A stretch of 64,000 nucleotides of DNA from Erysipelotrichales bacterium. GTDB lineage: Bacteria; Bacillota_I; Bacilli_A; RFN20; CAG-826. This document shows positions 37,394 to 44,925 of this stretch, piece after piece. The stretch covers positions 6,731 through 70,730 of the forward strand of contig JAFLUZ010000007.1 in assembly GCA_022508535.1 (NCBI GenBank), given 5' to 3'. How positions within the stretch are numbered: position 1 is the stretch's first letter; each line of letters begins with the position of its first letter. The notes beneath the pieces were generated by a model, which did no database searches, was not told where the DNA came from, and was given only the letters and a program-made list of their open reading frames with translations. Made by a program: the position numbers and the translations under genes.

Positions 37394-39997
37394 ATGGCAC
37401 TTTCCACAAGATATAACCCAAAAGAAGTTGAAAAGGGAAAGTATGAATTTTGGAAGAATAAGGGATATTTTAAAGCTGGAGAAGATTTAACAAAAACAAA
37501 ATTTTCAATGGTCATTCCACCTCCAAATGTCACAGGTAAATTACATTTAGGACACGCAATTAACACAACTATTCAAGATATAGTTGCGCGTTATAAAAAA
37601 GCAAAAGGCTATGATGTATTGTGGGTTCCTGGTATGGATCACGCTGGAATTGCAACTCAAGCTAAAGTTGAAGCAAAACTTAGAAGTGAAGGAATTTCTC
37701 GTTATGATTTAGGAAGAGAAAAATTCCTAGAAAAAGCTTGGGAATGGAAAAGAGAATATGCAGAATCGATACACGAACAATGGTCTGTTATGGGACTATC
37801 TCTTGACTATTCAAGAGAACGTTTTACTCTTGATGAAGGTTTAAATCGTGCAGTACGTAAAGTATTTGTCGATTTATATAACAAGGGATTAATTTATCAG
37901 GGCGAAAAAATTATTAACTGGGATCCTGTACAAAGAACTGCTTTAAGTAATATTGAAGTTATCTATAAGGATGACGAAGGTGAATTCTTTTATTTTAAAT
38001 ATCCTATTGTTGGCACTAATGAACATCTCATTGTTGCAACGACCCGTCCAGAAACAATGTTTGGAGATACTTGTGTTATCGTTAACCCAAAAGATGAAAG
38101 ATATAAGCATTTAATCGGGGAATACTGTATCAACCCTGCTAATGGCGATAAATTACCTATTTTAGGTGATGAATACGTTGATATTGAATTTGGAACAGGT
38201 GCAATGAAATGTACACCAGCACACGATCCAAATGACTTTAAAATCGGCGAAAAGTATGGCTTTAAACCAATCATTTGTATGAATGAAGACGCTACGATGA
38301 ATAGTGTATGTGGTAAATATGAAGGTTTAGATCGCTTTGAATGTCGAAAACAATTAGTAGAACAAATTAAACTTGATGGTAACTTAATTAAGATTGAAAA
38401 AATCACTCACCAAGTTGGACATTCTGAACGTAGTGATGCAGTTGTTGAACCATATTTATCAAAACAATGGTTTGTTAAGATGCGTCCTTTAGCTGATCAA
38501 GCTTTAAAAAATCAAACTGGTGATAAGGCAATTGCATTCTATCCAGATCGATTTAACAAAGTATTTACATCATGGATGGAAAAAGTTGATGACTGGTGTA
38601 TCTCCCGTCAACTTTGGTGGGGACATCGAATTCCAGCATATTATCATAAAGTAACTAAAGAAGTATTGGTGTCAGTCGAACCTCCAAAAGATATTGAAAA
38701 CTGGGTTCAAGATGAAGATATACTTGATACATGGTTCTCATCTGCGCTTTGGCCGTTTACTACTTTAGGTTGGCCAGAGAAGACAAGTGACTTTGAAAGA
38801 TATTTCCCATTAGATTTAATGGTAACAGCATATGATATTATTTTCTTCTGGGTTTCCAGAATGATTTTCCAAAGCCTTGAATTCACGAAAGAGCCACCAT
38901 TTAATAAAGTGTTAATTCATGGTATTATTCGTGATTCACAAGGAAGAAAAATGTCTAAATCTTTAGGTAATGGTGTAGATCCAATAGATGTTATTGAAAA
39001 ATATGGTGCGGACGCACTTAGATATTTCATTACGACAACTGGTACACCTGGACAAGATTCACGTTACATTGAAGAAAAAGTTGAAAGTAGTGCTAACTAT
39101 ATCAATAAGATTTGGAACGCTGCTCGTTTCGTTTTAGGTGTTTTACCTAGTGAATTTAAAGAAAGAGATATAAAAGCTCAAGAATTAAATCCACTTGATA
39201 AATATATAATGGCTAAATTAGAAACTACTATTGAATCAGTTGTCTATAACATGGATCGTTATGAGTTAGGTAATGCTTCAACACATTTATATAACTTCGT
39301 TTATGATGATTTCTGTTCATGGTATTTAGAGATGGCAAAAGTCACTCTTAACGGCGATAATGAATTAGCTAAGGAAAATACATATCAAGTTCTCTTTAAA
39401 GTCTTAAAAGCGGTTATTTTGATGATTTATCCATATACTCCATTTGTAAGTGAAGAACTTTATCTAAATTTACCAGAACATAAAGAATCAATTATGCTTG
39501 AAGATTATCCAATTGTTGATAATTCTTTTATGGATAAGAAAGCTATTGAAGAAGTAGAAACTTTATTTAAACTAATTAAAGATATTCGTAATTACAAAGT
39601 TGAAAATGAATTAGCACCAAATGCCAAGATTAAATTACATGTCTTTGATAAAGCTGAGGTATTTAAAAAATATCTTCCATATTTAGAAAGATTTACTTTT
39701 GCTAGTGAGATAATATTTGAAAAAGAAGAAGATAACTTAAAAGATTTCAACGTCTTTATTTACGATATTGCTCAATTTGGTGTAGAAGATAACATCGATA
39801 AAGAAACAATTTTAGCTAAACTCAATGCTGAATTAAGTATTGTAGAAAAAGAAATTTCAAGAGCGGAAGGAATGTTATCTAATCCTAACTTTGTTTCTAA
39901 AGCACCAGAGAGCAAAGTAAACGCTGAAAAAGAAAAACTTGAAAATCATAAAAATAGAAAAGCAATTTTACTTGAAAAAATTCAAAAATTAAAATAA
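37394..39997 (+). CDS. valS: valyl-tRNA synthetase
   Basis: HLGH and KMSKS motifs; C-terminal coiled coil. ATG 37394 has an AAAGGAG SD. Confidence 0.98.
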   Translation: MALSTRYNPKEVEKGKYEFWKNKGYFKAGEDLTKTKFSMVIPPPNVTGKLHLGHAINTTIQDIVARYKKAKGYDVLWVPGMDHAGIATQAKVEAKLRSEGISRYDLGREKFLEKAWEWKREYAESIHEQWSVMGLSLDYSRERFTLDEGLNRAVRKVFVDLYNKGLIYQGEKIINWDPVQRTALSNIEVIYKDDEGEFFYFKYPIVGTNEHLIVATTRPETMFGDTCVIVNPKDERYKHLIGEYCINPANGDKLPILGDEYVDIEFGTGAMKCTPAHDPNDFKIGEKYGFKPIICMNEDATMNSVCGKYEGLDRFECRKQLVEQIKLDGNLIKIEKITHQVGHSERSDAVVEPYLSKQWFVKMRPLADQALKNQTGDKAIAFYPDRFNKVFTSWMEKVDDWCISRQLWWGHRIPAYYHKVTKEVLVSVEPPKDIENWVQDEDILDTWFSSALWPFTTLGWPEKTSDFERYFPLDLMVTAYDIIFFWVSRMIFQSLEFTKEPPFNKVLIHGIIRDSQGRKMSKSLGNGVDPIDVIEKYGADALRYFITTTGTPGQDSRYIEEKVESSANYINKIWNAARFVLGVLPSEFKERDIKAQELNPLDKYIMAKLETTIESVVYNMDRYELGNASTHLYNFVYDDFCSWYLEMAKVTLNGDNELAKENTYQVLFKVLKAVILMIYPYTPFVSEELYLNLPEHKESIMLEDYPIVDNSFMDKKAIEEVETLFKLIKDIRNYKVENELAPNAKIKLHVFDKAEVFKKYLPYLERFTFASEIIFEKEEDNLKDFNVFIYDIAQFGVEDNIDKETILAKLNAELSIVEKEISRAEGMLSNPNFVSKAPESKVNAEKEKLENHKNRKAILLEKIQKLK

Positions 39998-40018
39998 AAT
40001 TACGCTTTTTGAGTAATC

Positions 40019-40050
40019 GACCTCCTAAATTATTATAGGAGGTCTTTTTT
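40019..40050 (+). terminator. valS intrinsic terminator; its 3' arm is the SD of the downstream peptide ORF
   Basis: Perfect 8-bp stem GACCTCCT / AGGAGGTC with a 10-nt loop and T6 (40045-40050). The ATG follows immediately at 40051. Confidence 0.8.
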
Positions 40051-40227
40051 ATGAGAAAACTATCTGACAATGAACTAAATGAAGTTGAAGGGGGAGAAGC
40101 AATTACCATAACTGCAATTATGGCAGTTCTTGCTGTAGCACTTGTTGCTGTTATTTGTTATCGCCTATTTATGTCTTCTAAAGGTGGAGCAACTTTACCA
40201 GGTGGCTTTAAATTTACGTGGGATTGA
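40051..40227 (+). CDS. 58-aa double-glycine-leader peptide (bacteriocin/pheromone-type leader plus one TM helix): MRKLSDNELNEVEGG-EAITITAIMAVLAVALVAVICYRLFMSSKGGATLPGGFKFTWD
   Basis: AGGAGG SD 8 nt upstream. The leader matches the LSxxELxxVxGG consensus at all key positions. Stop TGA overlaps the radC ATG. Not in the ORF track. Confidence 0.6.
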   Translation: MRKLSDNELNEVEGGEAITITAIMAVLAVALVAVICYRLFMSSKGGATLPGGFKFTWD

Positions 40228-40904
40228 TGGGACAAATAAAAGATATTGTTTGTTGTGAAAGACCACGAGAAAAAGCTCTCAAACTCGGAATTAATAATTT
40301 GTCCGATATTGAGTTATTTGCGCTTATTATTCAATCTGGTGGTAAAAACAATTCGGTTTTAAATATCGCTTATAATTTACTTGATAAATCTAATGGCTTG
40401 AGTGGTTTTCTTGAATATGATTATGAGAAACTAACAGCAATTAAAGGAATAAATAAAGTCACTGCAATAAAATTATTGGCGATCAAAGAGTTAATGCAAC
40501 GCTTTGAATATCTAAAAGTAGCTAGTAAGGCGCATATTACTAATTCTAAAGATATATATAAGATGTTTCGCATTAAATACTTTGCAAAAAACAATGAAGA
40601 AATTTTGATTCTATTATTAAATCACACAAATCAAATAATTAAAGAAGAGGTGATTGCAAGCGGTTCTATTAATGAGGTAAGCATCGATTTTCGCTTAATA
40701 TTTTGTGATGTATTAAAAAATAATGCCCATAAATTTATATTAATCCATAATCATCCGACAGGTGATTCAGTTCCTTCAAATGAAGATATATACTACACCA
40801 ATGAGATAAAGAAAAAAGCGAAAGGATTAGGTCTTAAATTATTAGATCATATCATTATTGGTAAAGATAATTATTTTTCTTTTAAGGATAATGCTCTTAT
40901 ATGA
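40227..40904 (+). CDS. radC: RadC-like JAB/MPN+ domain protein
   Basis: N-terminal HhH-like ERPREKALKLG...ELFALIIQSG and JAMM motif HNHPTGDSVPSNED. Start taken as ATG 40227 (tgATGg), though the GTG at 40218 remains possible. Confidence 0.85.
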   Translation: MGQIKDIVCCERPREKALKLGINNLSDIELFALIIQSGGKNNSVLNIAYNLLDKSNGLSGFLEYDYEKLTAIKGINKVTAIKLLAIKELMQRFEYLKVASKAHITNSKDIYKMFRIKYFAKNNEEILILLLNHTNQIIKEEVIASGSINEVSIDFRLIFCDVLKNNAHKFILIHNHPTGDSVPSNEDIYYTNEIKKKAKGLGLKLLDHIIIGKDNYFSFKDNALI

Positions 40905-40950
40905 CACTATTCGACATCGGATAGTGTTTTAATTTGAACGAGGTGATTTT

Positions 40951-41445
40951 GTGGAAACGTTACTTATTAATAATGAAGATGAATCATTAGCTATTTCCAC
41001 TATAAACAAATACTTAGAAGAAAGAATATTTGATAAACGTAAAAAAGAAGTTTGTTTAGTTTTTTCTAAAAAGCCATCAGTTAATTTTTTTAAATTGATT
41101 TTACTTTCATTCTATGATTACAAAAGTGCATATTTAAAAATGATTAAGTATGAAAAAAATACTAAGTGTAACTTAGAAAAAGTTATCATTCATAGTGGCG
41201 AAGATGTCTCTTTTAACGAACCGAAAATAATCGTAGGTAATGTCCATAAAGGTGCAACTCTTCGCATCAATACAAATTTAGTTTTTATTGGTGAAATAAA
41301 AGGAACTATATACTTAGACAGTGACAAATCATCTATTTACGCTGATAAATTTACTAATGCTGTATTTGTGGATCGCTATGGAAGAAGAAAAGAATTTTCA
41401 GGAGTTAACTATTTAATGTCTTTTGAAGAAATGGAGGCAATGTAA
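40951..41445 (+). CDS. minC: septum site-determining protein MinC (short, 164 aa)
   Basis: C-terminal beta-helix repeats (IIVGNVHKGATLRINTNLVFIGEIKGTIYLD). 1-nt overlap with minD. GTG start with a GAGGTGA SD. Confidence 0.7.
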   Translation: METLLINNEDESLAISTINKYLEERIFDKRKKEVCLVFSKKPSVNFFKLILLSFYDYKSAYLKMIKYEKNTKCNLEKVIIHSGEDVSFNEPKIIVGNVHKGATLRINTNLVFIGEIKGTIYLDSDKSSIYADKFTNAVFVDRYGRRKEFSGVNYLMSFEEMEAM

Positions 41446-42209
41446 TGGCAAGAGTAATTGTTGTAACAAGTGGAAAAGGTGGAGTAGGTAAAACCACAGT
41501 CACCGCATTAATAGGAAGAGAATTAGCACGGAATGGAAAAAAAGTAGTCCTTATTGACGCTGATTTAGGACTTAAAAATCTTGATGTTGTTTTGGGCTTA
41601 GAATCCCGTGTTGTATATGATTTAGAAGATGTAGTTAAAGGAAGAGCAACTCTAAGACAAGCCTTAGTGCAAGATAAATTTGTGCCTACACTTTTTTTAC
41701 TACCTGCTTGGATGCGAATCAATGCTACAGACATTGATGAAAACTATATGAATGCAATTATAAATAATCTTCAAAATGAATGTGACTTTATCTTAATTGA
41801 CTCTCCCGCAGGTATTGAAAAAGGATTTTTTAATGCAATAAGGAATGCTAAAGAAGCAATTGTTGTTTTAACTTTAGACAAAACATCATTACGTGATGCT
41901 GATAAAGTTGTTGGCTTATTAAAGAATAATCAAATAAATGATATTAAACTTGTTGTTAATAAGAATAGCAATTCGAAAACACAACTTACAATTGCTGATG
42001 TTAAACGTATAATGGATGTCCCTCTTATTGGCGTATTAAAAGACGATAAAGAAGTACAGGGATTACAAAATTATGGAACGTTAATAAGTAGTAACTCTGA
42101 TCTTGATGTGGAAATTAAAAACATGACCAACAAACTATTGGGGATTGAAGATATAGTTACCAAAAAGTCTCCTCTATCAAGATTCATTAAAAGTGTGTTT
42201 AAGTCATAA
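41445..42209 (+). CDS. minD: septum site-determining ATPase MinD
   Basis: Deviant Walker A SGKGGVGKTT; C-terminal amphipathic helix. Confidence 0.95.
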   Translation: MARVIVVTSGKGGVGKTTVTALIGRELARNGKKVVLIDADLGLKNLDVVLGLESRVVYDLEDVVKGRATLRQALVQDKFVPTLFLLPAWMRINATDIDENYMNAIINNLQNECDFILIDSPAGIEKGFFNAIRNAKEAIVVLTLDKTSLRDADKVVGLLKNNQINDIKLVVNKNSNSKTQLTIADVKRIMDVPLIGVLKDDKEVQGLQNYGTLISSNSDLDVEIKNMTNKLLGIEDIVTKKSPLSRFIKSVFKS

Positions 42210-42226
42210 AATTTAATGGTGATACT

Positions 42227-42769
42227 ATGAGCGAAATAAATGAAATTAGAAAAAGAATTAATAAACCAAATAAACATAATAGACTATATATACTATGTAT
42301 TAGTGCATTATTATTAATGGCTATTGTAATGGGCACAATGATTTATGCGAAATCAAACGCCGATGCAAAAATATTTGGTGTTCCGTTAGCAGAAATTAAT
42401 CATAAGTTTGATAGTTTTTTTGGTGGATTATTCAAAAGTAATGTAACAAGTAAAGATGATGATCAAACAGTTGGTGCCACACCAAAGTATACATATTTAG
42501 GTAACAATTATTATCAAAGCGAAGATCAAAGCGTACCTGCACTTATTGATGGAATTGTTAATAATGTCACGGAAAACGATAGTGGCTATTATGTATTAGT
42601 CAGTTATAAAAATGGAGTCACAGCTCAATACTTTGAATTAACAGATGTCATTGTTAAAGTTAATGATAATATTAAAACAAGTGATAGCATTGGTATATAC
42701 GAAGAGAAATTCAAAGCATTGTTTATGAGAGGAAATGACGTAATTAAATATGCAGAAATCTTTAACTGA
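42227..42769 (+). CDS. spoIVFA: SpoIVFA-like protein (TM segment plus degenerate LytM/M23 domain)
   Basis: N-terminal basic region and TM segment. C-terminal M23-like pattern (ALIDGIV...GYYVLVSYKNGVTAQYFELTDVIVKVNDNI...IG). Overlaps spoIVFB by 20 nt. Confidence 0.6.
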   Translation: MSEINEIRKRINKPNKHNRLYILCISALLLMAIVMGTMIYAKSNADAKIFGVPLAEINHKFDSFFGGLFKSNVTSKDDDQTVGATPKYTYLGNNYYQSEDQSVPALIDGIVNNVTENDSGYYVLVSYKNGVTAQYFELTDVIVKVNDNIKTSDSIGIYEEKFKALFMRGNDVIKYAEIFN

Positions 42770-43496
42770 AATTTCATTTCATCCCTTAACAGTAATCTAC
42801 GTCGCTTTAAGTTTAATACTTGGGCGATTTTCTTTTGTTTTTGCCTTATTTGTGATAGCGTTAGTTCATGAGCTATTTCATGTTTTTGCAGCGCGTATTT
42901 TTAACCTTAAAATAAGTGAAATAAAGATTTTGCCAATTGGTTGTTACGCAAAGATTTCGAATTTGGAAAACGCTAATAGAGGTGCGCAAATAATAGTTCT
43001 ATTATTAGGCCCGTTATCATTTTTCTTTACAATGGCTATAATTACATTTCTCTATCGCATTGATATAATTTCAATATATGGGTATCGTGAATATAATGAG
43101 ATTAATTTATTTATGATGATTGTCAATTTATTACCAATTTTTCCGTTTGATGGAGGAAGAATTTTAAAGATATTTTTAAGTTCTTTATTTAGTGAGAAGA
43201 AGTCATTAATTGCTTCATCTTTAATTGGTCTTATTGTATCCACTATATTTGTCTTACGTTTGCTACAAATTGGACAATATGTATTTGCACTTTTCATTAT
43301 GTTCTATGCAATAAAAAATGTTATTTGCATTAAAAGAGATTATAAGGAATTTTTATTAATGCGATACATATCAAATGACTATAAAAGATATAAAGTAAAA
43401 ATAAATGAAAGAAAAGAAATATATCGATATGCACATAATTACTATTTAAAAGATAGAAAAATATATCCTGAAGAAAAAGTATTTAAAAATTTATAA
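42750..43496 (+). CDS. spoIVFB: site-2 metalloprotease SpoIVFB (pro-sigma-K processing)
   Basis: HELFH (HExxH) in a TM helix and the NLLPIFPFDGG motif. minD-spoIVFA-spoIVFB order as in Bacillus. Confidence 0.8.
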   Translation: MQKSLTEISFHPLTVIYVALSLILGRFSFVFALFVIALVHELFHVFAARIFNLKISEIKILPIGCYAKISNLENANRGAQIIVLLLGPLSFFFTMAIITFLYRIDIISIYGYREYNEINLFMMIVNLLPIFPFDGGRILKIFLSSLFSEKKSLIASSLIGLIVSTIFVLRLLQIGQYVFALFIMFYAIKNVICIKRDYKEFLLMRYISNDYKRYKVKINERKEIYRYAHNYYLKDRKIYPEEKVFKNL

Positions 43497-43547
43497 ATAA
43501 TTTAAAAAAATATATGAATATTTAATAAGTTAATATATAATATTAAC

Positions 43548-43630
43548 GTAGAAGGTCCTAGCGCAATCTAGTGACTAACTCCTACAGCTTGTCAGCCGCC
43601 TAAGATTGTGAGTCCGAGAGCGGCTTTTTT
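43548..43630 (+). ncRNA. candidate antitoxin-like sRNA, copy 2 (orphan)
   Basis: 70/78 identity to 14141-14218 by hand alignment. TATAAT (43536-43541) sits within 1 nt of the same offset from the conserved block as in copy 1. Ends in GCCGC...GCGGC followed by T6. Confidence 0.5.
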
Positions 43631-43635
43631 AATTT

Positions 43636-43689
43636 CTATCTCTTTCTATTATTTCTAATATCTAGGATAACTGTAACTACAATACTTAC
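43636..43689 (-). pseudogene. decayed 3' remnant of the type I toxin ORF (...VSIVVTVILDIRNNRKR*)
   Basis: Homologous to the last ~17 codons of the 14223-14318 ORF. Homology stops at about 43690. No in-frame start codon or SD. Confidence 0.5.
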
Positions 43690-43834
43690 AGGTGTAACAA
43701 ATTTAAAAAGCGGTAAAACTAATAAAAAATTTAAAAATATTTCCTATGAAATGATTTAGATAATAGTAAAGGAGTTCAATTATTGAATAAATTTATGAAA
43801 ATTAATTGACATATATTATATATATGTGATAAAT

Positions 43835-43935
43835 TATCTTCGTTGCGGCCTCACTAGCTACAACCGCATAGAAAAGGTAACTAACTATTATGACCTTAAT
43901 AGCGAGTCATTAGTGAAAAATTTGAATTTTCAGGA
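43835..43935 (+). promoter_or_regulatory. possible ribosomal-protein L21 leader upstream of rplU
   Basis: TTGACA (43806-43811) -18- TAAATT promoter with a TGTG -16 element. About 100-nt structured 5' UTR (TGCGG...CCGCA, CTATTA...TAATAG). Called by position only. Confidence 0.35.
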
Positions 43936-43944
43936 GGTGTATCT

Positions 43945-44253
43945 ATGTACGCAATTATCGAAACAGGCGGTAAACAAGTCAAAGTCGAAGTTGGACAAAA
44001 AATCTTCGTCGAAAAATTAGAAGTAGAAGCTGGTGCTTCCTACACATTTGACAAAGTATTACTCGTTGCTGACAAGAAAACAGTTGTTGGTACTCCATAC
44101 GTTGAAGGTGCTACAGTTGTTGCTAAAGTTGAAAAACAAGGTAAGAGTAAGAAAATCCGCGTCTTCAAGTACAAGAACAAGGCAAATGAACGTAAGACTA
44201 TCGGTCATCGTCAACCATATACTTGCTTAGTAATTGAAGCAATTAATGCATAA
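43945..44253 (+). CDS. rplU: 50S ribosomal protein L21
   Basis: [14 protein letters not shown]... is a canonical L21 N-terminus. Confidence 0.98.
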   Translation: MYAIIETGGKQVKVEVGQKIFVEKLEVEAGASYTFDKVLLVADKKTVVGTPYVEGATVVAKVEKQGKSKKIRVFKYKNKANERKTIGHRQPYTCLVIEAINA

Positions 44254-44255
44254 TT

Positions 44256-44555
44256 ATGATTAAAGTAGAATTTAAATATGTTGATCAAAAGTTTACATAT
44301 TTAAAAGTTAAAGGACATGCAAATAGTGCAGAATATGGTCATGACCTAATATGCGCTGGTGTATCGTCAATCGTAACTGGTGCGCTCAATAATATTGATG
44401 CCAAAAATTACGATATAGAGATTAAAGAAGGGCTAGTAATAGTCCAAACAAAAAATGAGATTACTACTCATGACGAGATAGTTTTTGAAACAATGTATAC
44501 GCAATTAAAAACCATTGAAGAAAGCTATCCATCTAACATAAAAATTATTAAGTAA
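44256..44555 (+). CDS. prp: ribosomal-processing cysteine protease Prp (YsxB)
   Basis: GHA...DLICAGVSS His/Cys dyad; lies between rplU and rpmA. Confidence 0.9.
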   Translation: MIKVEFKYVDQKFTYLKVKGHANSAEYGHDLICAGVSSIVTGALNNIDAKNYDIEIKEGLVIVQTKNEITTHDEIVFETMYTQLKTIEESYPSNIKIIK

Positions 44556-44575
44556 GAAAGAGGTGCATCGCAGTG

Positions 44576-44863
44576 ATGTTTAAGTTAAATCTTCAACTCT
44601 TCGCATCTAAGAAGGGTGTTGGATCTACAAAAAACGGACGTGATTCAGAATCAAAACGTCTCGGAGCTAAAAAAGCTGATGGTCAATATGCTACAGCAGG
44701 CTCAATTATTTATCGTCAACGCGGAACAAAAATCTATCCAAGTGTCAATACGATGCGTGGTGGAGATGATACAATTTTTGCAACAAAGTCTGGAATCGTA
44801 AGATTTGAGCGTGTCGGCAAAGATAAAAAACGTGTATCCGTTTACGAAGTTGAAGCTAAGTAA
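44576..44863 (+). CDS. rpmA: 50S ribosomal protein L27 with an N-terminal propeptide
   Basis: [10 protein letters not shown]|[15 protein letters not shown]; the Prp cleavage motif is present. Confidence 0.97.
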   Translation: MFKLNLQLFASKKGVGSTKNGRDSESKRLGAKKADGQYATAGSIIYRQRGTKIYPSVNTMRGGDDTIFATKSGIVRFERVGKDKKRVSVYEVEAK

Positions 44864-44872
44864 AAATTTTAT

Positions 44873-44897
44873 AGCCTGACTAGTTCAGGCTTTTTTT
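44873..44897 (+). terminator. intrinsic terminator after rpmA
   Basis: AGCCTGA / TCAGGCT stem followed by T7. Confidence 0.8.
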
Positions 44898-44925
44898 AAT
44901 AATAATATTAAGTGAGGTGAAAACC

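Noticed and set aside
39897-40109. 70-aa minus-strand ORF spanning the valS end, the terminator and the start of the GG-peptide ORF.
   Set aside because: It runs antisense through a terminator hairpin and has no SD. The plus-strand peptide ORF has a far better initiation context and a recognisable leader motif.
40051-40227. Possibility that the small peptide is a type IV prepilin or ComG-like pseudopilin (comC lies near here in Bacillus).
   Set aside because: Prepilin signals are basic and cleaved at G|F(M)xxxE, with Glu at +5. Here the leader is acidic, the GG is followed by EAITI, and the spacing matches the bacteriocin-type GG leader instead.
43768-43802. AAAGGAG plus 8 nt plus TTG mini-ORF (7 codons) upstream of the rplU promoter. 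It superficially mirrors the mini-ORF next to the intact toxin.
   Set aside because: It is on the opposite strand relative to the toxin remnant, shares no sequence similarity with the 14380-14351 mini-ORF, and uses a TTG start. It is most likely chance.
43826-44230. ORFs at 43826-44020 and 44033-44230, plus 44616-44801 inside rpmA and 45854-46060 inside obg.
   Set aside because: They are alternative frames over the rplU leader and highly conserved ribosomal or GTPase genes. They have no SD and are K/L/Q-rich low-complexity translations.
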